In this document: positions 1 through 8,979 of the stretch, in pieces
Layout: the number at the start of each line of letters is the position of its first letter
How positions within the stretch are numbered: position 1 is the stretch's first letter
Origin: Acidimicrobiales bacterium
GTDB taxonomy: Bacteria; Actinomycetota; Acidimicrobiia; Acidimicrobiales; AC-14
Length of the DNA: 40,000 nt
Direction of reading: 5' to 3'
Assembly: GCA_025463925.1 (NCBI GenBank)
Contig: JAODBK010000049.1
Coordinates: 111,535 to 151,534, forward strand
Position numbers and translations under genes: made by a program
Notes under the pieces: generated by a model
Seen by the model: the letters and a program-made list of their open reading frames with translations, nothing else
Databases searched by the model: none
What the model was told of the DNA's origin: nothing

Positions 1-1
1 G

Positions 2-1135
2 CTCCTCGCCCGGCTCGGTGCCGATGTCGTGAAGGTCGAGCCGCCCGGCGCCGGCGACCAGGGTCGGGGGTCGACACCGGCGATGACCGATCCCGAGGGT
101 CGCAAGGTCGGCGCCACCTTCCTGCGCAACAACCTGAACAAGCGGAGCATCTGCGTCGACCTCAAGCACCCGCGCGGCAAGCAGCTGGTGCTCGATCTCG
201 CAGCCCGGTTCGACGTGGTCGCCGAGAACTCCAAGGCGGGGACGATGGCCCGCCTCGGCCTCGGCTACGAGGACATCGCCGCGGTCCATCCCGGCGTCAT
301 CTATGTCTCGGTGTCGGGCTTCGGCAACACCGTCGAGACGCCGTACCGGGCGTGGCCGGCGTTCGCCCCGGTGGTCGAGGCCATGTCGGGCATTTACGAG
401 CTGAAACGCGTCGGGGACCAGCCGCCGCTGGTCGCGCCGGTCGGCGCGCTGGGCGACATCAGCGCCGCGCTGTTCGCCACCGTCGGCATCCTCGCCGCGC
501 TCCGCCAGCGCGATCGCACCGGCCAGGGCCAGTATCTCGACGTCGCAATGCTCGACGCCGTCGTCGCGATGACCGACATCGTCACCAACTTCTGGTCGAT
601 GGGTCTTCCGAGCGGCACGGTGGCGCCGCTGATCATGCACGGTTTCCGGGCCGGCGACGGCTGGTTCGTCATCCAGGTCGGGCGCGAGCACCAGTTCGCG
701 CGCCTGGTCGACCTGATCGGCCATCCCGAGTGGGTCGACGACGAGCGGTTCGCGACGCGTGAGGGTTGGCTCGACCACCTCGAGACGGTGCTGCGGCCGG
801 CGATCGAGTCGTGGGCCGGCTCGCGCACCCGCTTGGAGGTGTGCGACCTGCTGGGTGCCGCGGGGATCGCGGCCGGTCCGTGCTTCGTCGACGCCGAGGT
901 CGCGGTCGACCCCCATGTCGCCGCTCGCAACATGCTGGTCGAGGTGCCCCGCGCCGATGGCGTCGCGCAACCGGTGCTCGTGCCCGGCAACCCGGTGAAG
1001 CTCAGCGGCGTGGCCGAGGGCCCCGAGACCCGCGTCCCCTGGCTCGGTGAGCACACCGACGAGGTCCTGCGCACCGAGCTCGCCCTCACCGCCGACGACA
1101 TCGCGTCACTCCGCGCCGACGGCGTGGTGGCCTGA
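2..1135 (+). CDS. Family III CoA-transferase (CaiB/BaiF-like), 5' end cut by window edge
   Basis: ORF 29..1135. The frame stays open back to nt 2 (LLARLGADVVKVEPPGAGD), which is the conserved N-terminal region of the family, so the true start lies upstream of the window. LRNNLNKRSICVDLKHPRGK...FDVVAENSKAGTMARLGLGYEDI...IYVSVSGFG is typical of CoA-transferase family III. Confidence 0.85.
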   Translation, partial: LLARLGADVVKVEPPGAGDQGRGSTPAMTDPEGRKVGATFLRNNLNKRSICVDLKHPRGKQLVLDLAARFDVVAENSKAGTMARLGLGYEDIAAVHPGVIYVSVSGFGNTVETPYRAWPAFAPVVEAMSGIYELKRVGDQPPLVAPVGALGDISAALFATVGILAALRQRDRTGQGQYLDVAMLDAVVAMTDIVTNFWSMGLPSGTVAPLIMHGFRAGDGWFVIQVGREHQFARLVDLIGHPEWVDDERFATREGWLDHLETVLRPAIESWAGSRTRLEVCDLLGAAGIAAGPCFVDAEVAVDPHVAARNMLVEVPRADGVAQPVLVPGNPVKLSGVAEGPETRVPWLGEHTDEVLRTELALTADDIASLRADGVVA

Positions 1136-1171
1136 CCCCACCACCCCGACCTCACGACCGTTTTCTCCGCA

Positions 1172-1196
1172 GTTGCTGTCGCCAGGCGACAGCAAC
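1172..1196. terminator. Perfect 11-bp stem / 3-nt loop hairpin between convergent genes (bidirectional terminator candidate, no U-tract)
   Basis: gttgctgtcgc-cag-gcgacagcaac, paired by hand with all 11 pairs Watson-Crick. It sits in the 87-nt gap between the stops at 1135 (+) and 1223 (-). Confidence 0.6.
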
Positions 1197-1222
1197 GATG
1201 TCCAGAACCGGGGGTTGGCCGG

Positions 1223-2320
1223 TCAGGGGGTGATGGTGCCGGTGACCTCGCCGAGGTCGACGCCCGCCGCGGTGCCGGTGATCGTCACGGTGTCGCCGTC
1301 CTCGAGCCAGGTGCGGGCCGAGCCGTCGGCCAGCGTGATCGGGTCGCGGCCGTCCCATGTGAGCTCGATCAGCGAGCCCCGCTCGCCGGGCGACGGACCG
1401 GAGACGGTGCCCGACGCGAACAGGTCGCCGGGCCGCAGCCGGGCCCCGTTGACCGTGAGGTGGGCCAGCTGCTGCGCCGGCGTCCAGTACATGCCGGCGA
1501 ACGGTGGCCGCGAGATGACCGACCCGTTGACCCGCACCTCGAGCGCGATGTCGAGGCCCCACGGCTCCCGCGCCGTGAGGTAGGGGAGCGGCGCCGGGAC
1601 CTGAGGCGGCGGCGCGACCCGCGCGCCGTCGAGGGCATCGAGCGGCACGACCCACGGCGAGATCGACGTGGCGAACGACTTGCCGAGGAACGGCCCGAGC
1701 GGCCGGGATTCCCAGGCCTGGAAGTCGCGGGCGCTCCAGTCGTTGAGCAGGACCACGCCGAAGACGTGCGCGGCCAGGTCGTCCACGCCCACCGGCCGCC
1801 CGAGGTCGGAGCCCGGCCCGACGACGAACCCGACCTCGGCCTCGATGTCGAGCTTCGTGGTCGGGCCGAACGCGGCCGGGCCCGATTGGCCGCGCGGGCG
1901 GACGATCGGGGTCCCCGACACGACCACGGTGCCGGCACGGCCGTGGTAGCCGATCGGCAGATGACGCCAGTTCGGAAGCAACGGCTCACCGTCCGGCCGG
2001 AAGATGCGGCCGACGTTGGTCGCGTGGTCGATCGACGAGTAGAAGTCGACGTAGTCGCCGATCGCGACCGGCAGGTGCAGGGCCACCGAGCGCAACGGGA
2101 TCAGCGGCGCCGCGCCGCGCTCGATGAGGCGGTCGAGGCGCTCGAAGGTGGCCGCCCACGCGCCGCGACCGGCGGCGAGGAAGGCGTTCAGTGTCGGTTG
2201 GTCGAACATCGGATCTCGCAGGACCCGCCCGACGTCGAGCACCTGGTCGCCGGCGCGGGCGCCGACCCGCCGGCGGCCGTCACCGGCCGAGAACACACCG
2301 AACGGCAGCGCCTCGGTCAC
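1223..2320 (-). CDS. fahA: Fumarylacetoacetase (FAH)
   Basis: ORF 1223..2434. DFYSSIDHATNVGRIFRPDGEPLLPNWRHLPIGYHGRAGTVVVSGTPIVRPRGQ follows the fumarylacetoacetase core almost residue for residue. Start moved to GTG 2320 (VTEALPFGVFS, matching the LPYGVFS N-terminus of FAH) because the longer extension overlaps the divergent gene. Confidence 0.9.
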   Translation of the reverse strand: MTEALPFGVFSAGDGRRRVGARAGDQVLDVGRVLRDPMFDQPTLNAFLAAGRGAWAATFERLDRLIERGAAPLIPLRSVALHLPVAIGDYVDFYSSIDHATNVGRIFRPDGEPLLPNWRHLPIGYHGRAGTVVVSGTPIVRPRGQSGPAAFGPTTKLDIEAEVGFVVGPGSDLGRPVGVDDLAAHVFGVVLLNDWSARDFQAWESRPLGPFLGKSFATSISPWVVPLDALDGARVAPPPQVPAPLPYLTAREPWGLDIALEVRVNGSVISRPPFAGMYWTPAQQLAHLTVNGARLRPGDLFASGTVSGPSPGERGSLIELTWDGRDPITLADGSARTWLEDGDTVTITGTAAGVDLGEVTGTITP

Positions 2321-2361
2321 GGCGCGATCCGCCCGGCTCGGGCCGGCTCGACGAACTCCAT

Positions 2362-2389
2362 GCGGGGAAGCTAGGGCAGACTTCCCCGC
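2362..2389. promoter_or_regulatory. Perfect 9-bp inverted repeat with 10-nt spacer in a 70-bp divergent intergenic region, ending 1 nt before ATG 2391
   Basis: gcggggaag-ctagggcaga-cttccccgc; all 9 pairs checked by hand. Confidence 0.5.
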
Positions 2390-2390
2390 G

Positions 2391-2915
2391 ATGGACGGGG
2401 TGGACCTCCTGCTGGCCGAGCGTGAGATCCGCAACGTCGTGCTGCGGTACTGCCGCGGCGTGGACCGGATGGACCAGGACCTCGTGCGGTCCTGCTACCA
2501 CGCCGACGCGGTCGACTCCCACGGCACGTTCGAAGGTGGTGTCGACGCCTTCGTCGACTGGGTGTGGCGCGTGCTCGGGCGCTACTCCATGACGATGCAC
2601 GTCGTCGCCAACATGCTCGTCGAGGTCGACGCCGAGTACGGTGATCGCGCCCGGTGCGAGTCGTACGGCATCGCCTATCACCGCACCGGCGACGGCCACG
2701 CCGACGGCAACCTCACCACCGGGTTCCGTTTCGTCGACACCTTCACCCGGCGAGCGGCCGGGCCCGCGGCGGCGCCCGAATGGCGCATCGCCCGGCGGGT
2801 CGCCGTCACGGAGTGGGCCCGGCCCGACCGGCTCGAGGATCATTGGCCGGTGCCCGCGGGCATGCTGCGGGGCCGCAGGGACGGGACCGACCCGGTGCAA
2901 CAGGGGGAGTGGTGA
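2391..2915 (+). CDS. SnoaL-like / NTF2-fold protein
   Basis: In-frame part of ORF 2124..2915. MDGVDLLLAEREIRNVVLRYCRGVDRMDQDLVRSCYHADAVDSHG... is the typical SnoaL_4 N-terminal pattern. The upstream part of the ORF overlaps fahA. Start could also be GTG 2400. Confidence 0.75.
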   Translation: MDGVDLLLAEREIRNVVLRYCRGVDRMDQDLVRSCYHADAVDSHGTFEGGVDAFVDWVWRVLGRYSMTMHVVANMLVEVDAEYGDRARCESYGIAYHRTGDGHADGNLTTGFRFVDTFTRRAAGPAAAPEWRIARRVAVTEWARPDRLEDHWPVPAGMLRGRRDGTDPVQQGEW

Positions 2916-4042
2916 GCGACATCGAGATCGCCAACACGCGATCGAGCCGCGACATCGACGACGTGCGCGTCCGGCTGGAGCGTTGGCTGAAGGACCGGAC
3001 CGGCCCCGACGCTTCGGTCACCGGCCTGTCGGTGCCGTCGCGCACGGGGATGTCGAGCGAGTCGATGCTCTTCGACGCCACGTGGACGCCGCCGGACGGC
3101 GGTGCGCGGCGTTCGGCCTCGCTGGTCGCGCGGCTCGCGCCCGACCCGGCCGACGTGCCGGTCTTCCCGACCTACGACCTGGCGAAGCAGTACCGGCTGA
3201 TGGGCATGGTCGGCCAGCGCACGTCAGTACCCGTCCCCGCGGTGCTGTGGTGCGAGCCCGACGCCACGCCGCTCGGCAGCCCGTTCTTCGTGATGGCGCG
3301 CGTCGACGGCGTGGTGCCGCCCGACGTCCTGCCGTACTGCTTCGGCGACAGCTGGCTGTTCGACGCCACACCGGAGCAGCAGGCCCGGCTGCGCGACGAG
3401 AGCGTCGCCGTGCTGGCCGCGCTGCACCGCGTCGACGGCGAGGAGGCCAAGCAGGACTTCGGCTTCCTCGACCTCGACCGGCCGGAGCTCACTCCGCTGC
3501 GCCGTCATGTCGGCGACCAGGGCGACTACTACCGGTGGGCGATGGACGGCCTGCGCGTGCCGGTGCTGGAACGGTCGTTCGCGTGGCTCGACGAGCACCT
3601 GCCGGTCGACGAAGGGCCGACGGTGTTGTCGTGGGGCGACAGCCGCATCGGCAACATCCTGTTCCGCGACTTCGCGCCGGTCGCGGTGCTCGACTGGGAG
3701 ATGGCGATGCTCGGCCCGCGCGAAGCGGACCTCGGTTGGATGATCTGGATGCACCGCTTCTTCCAGGACCTGGCCGAGAGCTACGGGCTCGCGGGCATGC
3801 CGGCGTTCATGCGGCGCGACGACGCGGCCGCGACCTACGAGCGGCTCACCGGGCACACGCCGCGCGCCATCGAGGTCTTCATGTTCTACGGCGCGCTGCG
3901 CCACGGCATCATCATGGCCAGGATCCAGCGGCGGGCGATCCGGTTCGGCCAGGCGGCGATGCCGGACGATCCCGACGAGCTCGTCGTCCACCGCGAGACC
4001 CTCGAGACGATGATGGCCGGCAGCTACTGGGCCCGGCTGTAG
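2912..4042 (+). CDS. APH-fold phosphotransferase (ACAD10/11-associated type kinase-like protein)
   Basis: In-frame part of ORF 2654..4042, starting at GTG 2912 (VSDIEIANTR), which overlaps the previous stop as GTGA. WGDSRIGNILF (HGDxxxxN-type catalytic loop) and VLDWEMAMLGPREADLGW (DxD/activation segment) are visible. Confidence 0.8.
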   Translation: MSDIEIANTRSSRDIDDVRVRLERWLKDRTGPDASVTGLSVPSRTGMSSESMLFDATWTPPDGGARRSASLVARLAPDPADVPVFPTYDLAKQYRLMGMVGQRTSVPVPAVLWCEPDATPLGSPFFVMARVDGVVPPDVLPYCFGDSWLFDATPEQQARLRDESVAVLAALHRVDGEEAKQDFGFLDLDRPELTPLRRHVGDQGDYYRWAMDGLRVPVLERSFAWLDEHLPVDEGPTVLSWGDSRIGNILFRDFAPVAVLDWEMAMLGPREADLGWMIWMHRFFQDLAESYGLAGMPAFMRRDDAAATYERLTGHTPRAIEVFMFYGALRHGIIMARIQRRAIRFGQAAMPDDPDELVVHRETLETMMAGSYWARL

Positions 4043-5409
4043 CCCTCGGCGGTCGCCTTCTCCAGCAGCTCGAGCTCGTCGCGCACGTGCTCGACCATCG
4101 AGCGGATGTCGGGCGCGTGCTCGCGGCACGCGTGGATGCCGATCGAGAGATCGTCGCCGTAGCTCCACGCGGTGAAGTTGAGGCACTGGGACGGAACGAT
4201 CGGCCCCATCGAGCGGACCGCGACGACTGGCGCGCCCTGGAACTGCAACGGCGACGGTCCCCGGACGTTCGACACGATGGCGTTGAACGCCGGCCGGCGC
4301 ATGAGCTTCTCGGTCACGGTCAGCAGGCGCCGCGTCAGGAGGCGGAACAACAGGTAGTAGTCCTGCCAGTCGCTGAAGAGGCTGCGATCGCTGCTCGCCC
4401 ACCGGCGCGCCGCTTGCGTGCTCCGGCTCACCGCCGCCAGCCGCGCCACGGGGTCGGCCTCGTCGGTGCCCAAGGTGACGTACCAGTAGGAGATCCGGTT
4501 GCCGTAGGCGCCCGACTCCTCGTCCGTGCGCAGGGACACCGGCGACGTCGCGGTCAACGACGGGCCCGGCAGCTCGCCGCGGGCCTCGAGGTATCGCCGC
4601 ACCGCGCCGCCGCACAGCGTCAGGTACATGTCGTTGAGCGTGCCGCCCATCGCGTCCTTGGCGTCCTTCAACGACTGCATCGGCACGGTGACGTCGACGT
4701 AGACGCGGTTGGGCGTGATCGGCTGATTGAACCGCGTTTTCGGACCGGAGAGCGGTGGCGTGACCGCCGGGACGTCGGTGTCGCGTCGCATCGAGTTCGC
4801 GGCGCGCATCGACGCGAGCTGCCGGCCTGCCATCCGCGGGAACCCGGCCCAGAGCCGGGCCTGACCCGCGAGTGCGGTGATCGCCAGTGCCCACCTGTCC
4901 GGGACCGGTTCCTCGCGCCCGGGGCCGGGCGGTTCCAGCGCGCCGAACAGCTCCTCGAGGATGCGCACGCTGGCGCCACCGTCGGCGATGGCGTGGTGCA
5001 TCTTGAACGCCAGTGCGACCTGCCCGCCGGCCAGCCCGTCGAGCACCCACAGCTGCCACAGGGGACGGTCGCGCGCCAGCGGGATGCTGGCGACGTCGCC
5101 GATGGCGTCGTCGAGCTGCTCGGGACCACCGGGCGCCGGGATGGTGCGGCCGACGACGTGGTAGTCGGCGTCGACCGCGGCGCTGTCGAGCCAGAAGGGC
5201 CGGCCGAGGCGGAACGGGACGGCGGCCAGGCGCCACCGCAGCGCCGGCACCAGCGCGGCCCGCTCGGCCGCCCAACGCCGCGTCGACTCGACCGTGACCG
5301 CCGTCGATGCGGACGCGGCGTCGACGATCACCACCTTCATGGTGTGCATGTGCTGGGCCGGGCGCTCCTCGAGCACGTGGTACGCGTCGGTGCCGGCCAG
5401 CTGCCTCAT
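4024..5409 (-). CDS. Wax ester synthase / diacylglycerol acyltransferase (WS/DGAT)
   Basis: ORF 4024..5409. It has the active-site HHxxxDG motif (MHHAIADGGAS), an N-terminus LAGTDAYHVLEERPAQHMH, and a C-terminal SNVRGP motif. The 3' end overlaps the convergent APH gene by 19 nt. Confidence 0.9.
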   Translation of the reverse strand: MRQLAGTDAYHVLEERPAQHMHTMKVVIVDAASASTAVTVESTRRWAAERAALVPALRWRLAAVPFRLGRPFWLDSAAVDADYHVVGRTIPAPGGPEQLDDAIGDVASIPLARDRPLWQLWVLDGLAGGQVALAFKMHHAIADGGASVRILEELFGALEPPGPGREEPVPDRWALAITALAGQARLWAGFPRMAGRQLASMRAANSMRRDTDVPAVTPPLSGPKTRFNQPITPNRVYVDVTVPMQSLKDAKDAMGGTLNDMYLTLCGGAVRRYLEARGELPGPSLTATSPVSLRTDEESGAYGNRISYWYVTLGTDEADPVARLAAVSRSTQAARRWASSDRSLFSDWQDYYLLFRLLTRRLLTVTEKLMRRPAFNAIVSNVRGPSPLQFQGAPVVAVRSMGPIVPSQCLNFTAWSYGDDLSIGIHACREHAPDIRSMVEHVRDELELLEKATAEGYSRAQ

Positions 5410-5506
5410 CCGGTGGTCATCGTTCGCTCGCCGATGGCTCGCTCATCCCCCGCGAGACGTTAGTTCTATGCTCCCAGCGCTCGGGGAGCAGACGGGGGAG
5501 GTACCG

Positions 5507-6913
5507 GTGAAGCGACTCTCGGGAGCGGACGCCTTCTTCCTGTACAGCGAGCGGCCGACCTGGCCGATGCACACCGGCGCGCTCGTCGTGCTCGACCCGT
5601 CCGGCGTGCCCGACTTCGGCATGGAGAAGCTTCGCAAGCGGATCGCGCAAGGGCTGCCGAAGCTGCCGGAGTTCATGATGAAGGTGAAGGAGGTGCCGTT
5701 CGGGCTCGACCTCCCGATGCTCGTCAACGACCCCGACTTCCACCTCGACTCCCACCTGCACCGCATCGCGGTGCCCGCCCCGGGCGGCCGCCACGAGCTC
5801 GGCGACCTGGTCGGCGACCTCATGGAGCCGCAGCTCGACCGGCGGCGGCCGCTGTGGGAGATGTGGCTGATCGAGGGCCTGGAGGGCGGAAAGGTCGCCC
5901 TCTTCACCAAGATGCACCACTCGGTCGTCGACGGCGTGTCGGGCGCGGGCATCGCCGAGATCCTGTGCGACCTCGAGCCGAACCCGCCGTCGCCCGACGA
6001 CGTGCCGGCCGAGCTGGGGCTGCCGCCGGACAGGATCCCGAGCGACCTCGAGCTCACCGCGCGCGGCGCGATCTCGGCGATCACGAGCCCGGTCAGAGTT
6101 GGGCAGTGGGCGACCGGCGCGACCCGCCGCCTCGTCAAGACGCTGCGCGTCGCCCGCCCGCGCGGTGGCCGCACGTTCCTCGACCAGGCGCCGCCGGTGC
6201 CCTGGGTCGGGACGCTCGGGCCGCTCCGCCGGTTCGCGTTCGAGTCCGTCGCGCTCGACGACATCAAGGAGATCCGCAGGGCGTTCGACGTCAAGGTGAA
6301 CGACGTCGTGCTGGCGATCGCGTCGGGCGTGCTGCGGCGCTGGCTCGTCGCGCAGGACGCCCTCCCCGAGCAGGCGATCATCGCATCGGTGCCGATGTCG
6401 ATCCGCTCGGAAGGCGACGTCGAGCTCGGCAACAAGCTCACGACACTGTTCACGTCGCTGGAAACGCACATCGACGACCCGGTCGAGCGGCTGCGGTCCA
6501 TCGCGGCCAAGATGCAGGCTGCCAAAGAGATCGGGAACGCGCTCAGAGCGCAGGAGATCCGCCGGCTCAGCGAGACCGTGGTCCCGGGGCTCGCCAACCT
6601 CGGGTGGCGCGCCTACCAGGCGGCCAACCTCGAAGCGCGGGTGCCCAACCCGTCGAACCTCATCGTGTCGAACGTGCCGGGCCCGCCGATCCCGCTGTAC
6701 ACGTGCGGCGCCCGCATCCTCGCGCTGCACCCGGTGCCGCCGGTCGTGCTCTCGCAGGGCCTGAACGTCACCGTCATGAGCTACCTCGACTCGGTGGACT
6801 TCGGCTTCACCGTCGACCGCGAGATGATCCCCGATCCGTGGGCCATGGCCGAGGGCGTCCACCTCGCCGTCGACGAGTTGAAGACGGCCGCCAAGAGCGC
6901 GGTGGGTTCGTGA
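5507..6913 (+). CDS. Wax ester synthase / diacylglycerol acyltransferase (WS/DGAT), second paralog
   Basis: In-frame part of ORF 5294..6913. GTG 5507 (VKRLSGADAFFLYSERPTWPMH, the typical family N-terminus) is preceded by the RBS gggggagg at 5494-5501. Motifs MHHSVVDGVSG and SNVPGP are present. An alternative in-frame ATG lies at 5468. Confidence 0.9.
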   Translation: MKRLSGADAFFLYSERPTWPMHTGALVVLDPSGVPDFGMEKLRKRIAQGLPKLPEFMMKVKEVPFGLDLPMLVNDPDFHLDSHLHRIAVPAPGGRHELGDLVGDLMEPQLDRRRPLWEMWLIEGLEGGKVALFTKMHHSVVDGVSGAGIAEILCDLEPNPPSPDDVPAELGLPPDRIPSDLELTARGAISAITSPVRVGQWATGATRRLVKTLRVARPRGGRTFLDQAPPVPWVGTLGPLRRFAFESVALDDIKEIRRAFDVKVNDVVLAIASGVLRRWLVAQDALPEQAIIASVPMSIRSEGDVELGNKLTTLFTSLETHIDDPVERLRSIAAKMQAAKEIGNALRAQEIRRLSETVVPGLANLGWRAYQAANLEARVPNPSNLIVSNVPGPPIPLYTCGARILALHPVPPVVLSQGLNVTVMSYLDSVDFGFTVDREMIPDPWAMAEGVHLAVDELKTAAKSAVGS

Positions 6914-8541
6914 CAGCGGGCTCGCCGACGTTCAACCTCTCGCACCTGTTCGAGCTGGTGGCCGACGCGTTGCCCGACCGCACCGCGCTGGTCGTCGGCG
7001 ACGTCCGGATGACCTACGCCGATCTCGACGCGCGGGCCAACCGGTTCGCCAACGCCCTCGTCGACGCCGGCATCGGACGGGGCGACCACGTCGGCCTCCA
7101 GCTCCTCAACGGGCCCGAGTACCTCGAGGGGATGCTGGCCGCGTTCAAGCTCGGCGCGGTGCCGGTGAACGTCAACTACCGCTACGTCGAGAACGAGCTG
7201 CGGTACCTCTTCGACGACGCCGACCTGGTGGCGCTGGTGTACCACCGCCAGTTCGGCCAGCGCGTCGCGGTGGCGGCGTCGGGCTTGGACCAACTGCGCC
7301 ACTTCGTCGTGGTCGAGGACGGCAGTGGTGAGGCACCGGTCGAGGGATCGGTCGGGTACGAGGACGCGCTGGCGGCGGCGTCGGCCGAGCGCCCAGCGGC
7401 GGCGCGGAGCTCGGACGACCACTACATCGCCTACACCGGTGGCACCACCGGGATGCCCAAGGGTGTGGTGTGGCGCCACGAGGACATCTTCTTCGCGGCG
7501 ATGGGTGGTGGCGACCCGCTGCAGATGGGCAACTTCATCACCTCGCCCGAGGAGCTGGCCGAGCGGCTGCCGGAGGTCGGCGCGGTGTCGCTGATGACGC
7601 CGCCGCTGATCCACGTCAGCGCGCAATGGGGGGTGTTCAGCCAGCTCTACAGCGGCGGCACCGTGGTCATCCCGCCGGAAGGTCGCTTCGAACCGGACGT
7701 CATCTGGCGGCTGGTCGGCGACGAGAAGGTCAACATCATCACGATCGTCGGCGACGCGATGGCCCGACCGCTGCTGGACGCGCACGCCGCCGCGGCCGCG
7801 GCCGGGACGCCCTACGACACCTCGGCGATGTTCGTGCTCGGCTCCGGCGGCGCCATCCTGTCGCCCGCGACCAAGCAGCAGATCGCGTCGCAGCTCCCGA
7901 ACGTGATCGTGGTCGACGGGTACGGCTCGTCGGAGACCGGCGTGGTGGGGGCCAAGGCCGGTGGGACCGAAGGGCCCCGCTTTGCCGTGAACGATTCGAC
8001 CGCGGTGCTCGACGACGACGGTCGGCCAATCGCGCCGGGCTCCGGTGCGGTCGGCCGGATGGCCAAGCGCGGCCGCGTCCCGATCGGCTACTACAACGAC
8101 GAGGCCAAGACCGCGTCCACCTTCCTCACCATCGACGGAGTGCGCTGGGTGCTCCCCGGTGACATGGCCACCGTCGAGGCCGACGGCACCGTCGTGGTGC
8201 TCGGTCGGGGCTCGGTGTCGATCAACACCGGCGGCGAGAAGGTCTACCCGGAGGAGGTCGAGTCCGTGCTCAAGGCGCACCCGGAGGTCGAGGACGCGGT
8301 CGTGGTCGGCGTGCCCGACGACCGTTGGGGAGAGCGGGTCGTCGCCGTCGCGCAGGCGCGCGGCGCGGTGACGCCGGCGCTCGGCGACCTGCAGGAGTTC
8401 TGCCGGACGCAACTGGCCGGCTACAAGGTGCCGCGTGAGCTCGTGATGGTGGACGAGATCGTGCGGTCGCCGGCCGGCAAGCCGGACTACCGCTGGGCCA
8501 AGGACACGGCAGTCAACGCACTTGGAGGCGCGACCCGATGA
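6910..8541 (+). CDS. AMP-forming acyl-CoA synthetase (FadD-like)
   Basis: In-frame part of ORF 5854..8541. GTG 6910 overlaps the previous stop (GTGA). AMP-binding motif YTGGTTGMPKGVVWRH, plus GYGSSETG, and a C-terminal GKPDYRWAK. Confidence 0.9.
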   Translation: MTAGSPTFNLSHLFELVADALPDRTALVVGDVRMTYADLDARANRFANALVDAGIGRGDHVGLQLLNGPEYLEGMLAAFKLGAVPVNVNYRYVENELRYLFDDADLVALVYHRQFGQRVAVAASGLDQLRHFVVVEDGSGEAPVEGSVGYEDALAAASAERPAAARSSDDHYIAYTGGTTGMPKGVVWRHEDIFFAAMGGGDPLQMGNFITSPEELAERLPEVGAVSLMTPPLIHVSAQWGVFSQLYSGGTVVIPPEGRFEPDVIWRLVGDEKVNIITIVGDAMARPLLDAHAAAAAAGTPYDTSAMFVLGSGGAILSPATKQQIASQLPNVIVVDGYGSSETGVVGAKAGGTEGPRFAVNDSTAVLDDDGRPIAPGSGAVGRMAKRGRVPIGYYNDEAKTASTFLTIDGVRWVLPGDMATVEADGTVVVLGRGSVSINTGGEKVYPEEVESVLKAHPEVEDAVVVGVPDDRWGERVVAVAQARGAVTPALGDLQEFCRTQLAGYKVPRELVMVDEIVRSPAGKPDYRWAKDTAVNALGGATR

Positions 8542-8972
8542 CACTCTCCATCCAGGAGATCTCCGACCGCTTGGAGATCCAGGACCTGCTGGCGACCTAC
8601 AGCCACGCCATCGACTCCAGCGACTGGGACGCGCTCGACGACGTGTTCACCGAGGACGCGCTGATCGACTACACCGCGATGGGCGGGCCGGCCGGCAACC
8701 GCGCCGAGACCAAGAAGTTCCTCGCCGAGATCATGCCGAGCTTCCCCGGGTTCCAGCACATGGTCGCGACGAGCAAGGTCATCATCGACGGTGACGCCGG
8801 CACCGGCCGCACGATCTGCCACAACCCGATGATCATCTCGACGCCCGACGGCAACCGGGCCGTCTACTGCGCCCTCTGGTACAACGACCGCTACATCCGC
8901 ACGCCCGCCGGGTGGCGCATCCAGGAGCGGGTCGAGGAGAAGTGCTACCTGCCGCCCGAACTGGGCGGCTGA
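8538..8972 (+). CDS. SnoaL-like / NTF2-fold protein
   Basis: ORF 8538..8972, with an ATGA overlap with the synthetase stop. ISDRLEIQDLLATYSHAIDSSDWDALDDVFTEDALIDY is the SnoaL_4 pattern. Confidence 0.8.
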   Translation: MTLSIQEISDRLEIQDLLATYSHAIDSSDWDALDDVFTEDALIDYTAMGGPAGNRAETKKFLAEIMPSFPGFQHMVATSKVIIDGDAGTGRTICHNPMIISTPDGNRAVYCALWYNDRYIRTPAGWRIQERVEEKCYLPPELGG

Positions 8973-8979
8973 GGGTCGC

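Noticed and set aside
2641-5463. 940-aa plus-strand ORF, together with the 683-aa minus-strand ORF 3224..5275
   Set aside because: The translations are Arg/Pro/Ala/Gly-rich with no motifs. They overlap three ORFs in other frames that carry clear family signatures (APH kinase, WS/DGAT). These are typical stop-poor off-frames of high-GC DNA.
5294-5506. N-terminal extensions of several track ORFs (5294-5506, 5854-6909, 18066-18434, 18908-19372, 21771-21941, 2124-2390, 2654-2911)
   Set aside because: The extensions overlap the preceding gene in another frame and are Arg-rich. Internal GTG/ATG/TTG starts give family-typical N-termini, often with an RBS or an ATGA/GTGA coupling junction.
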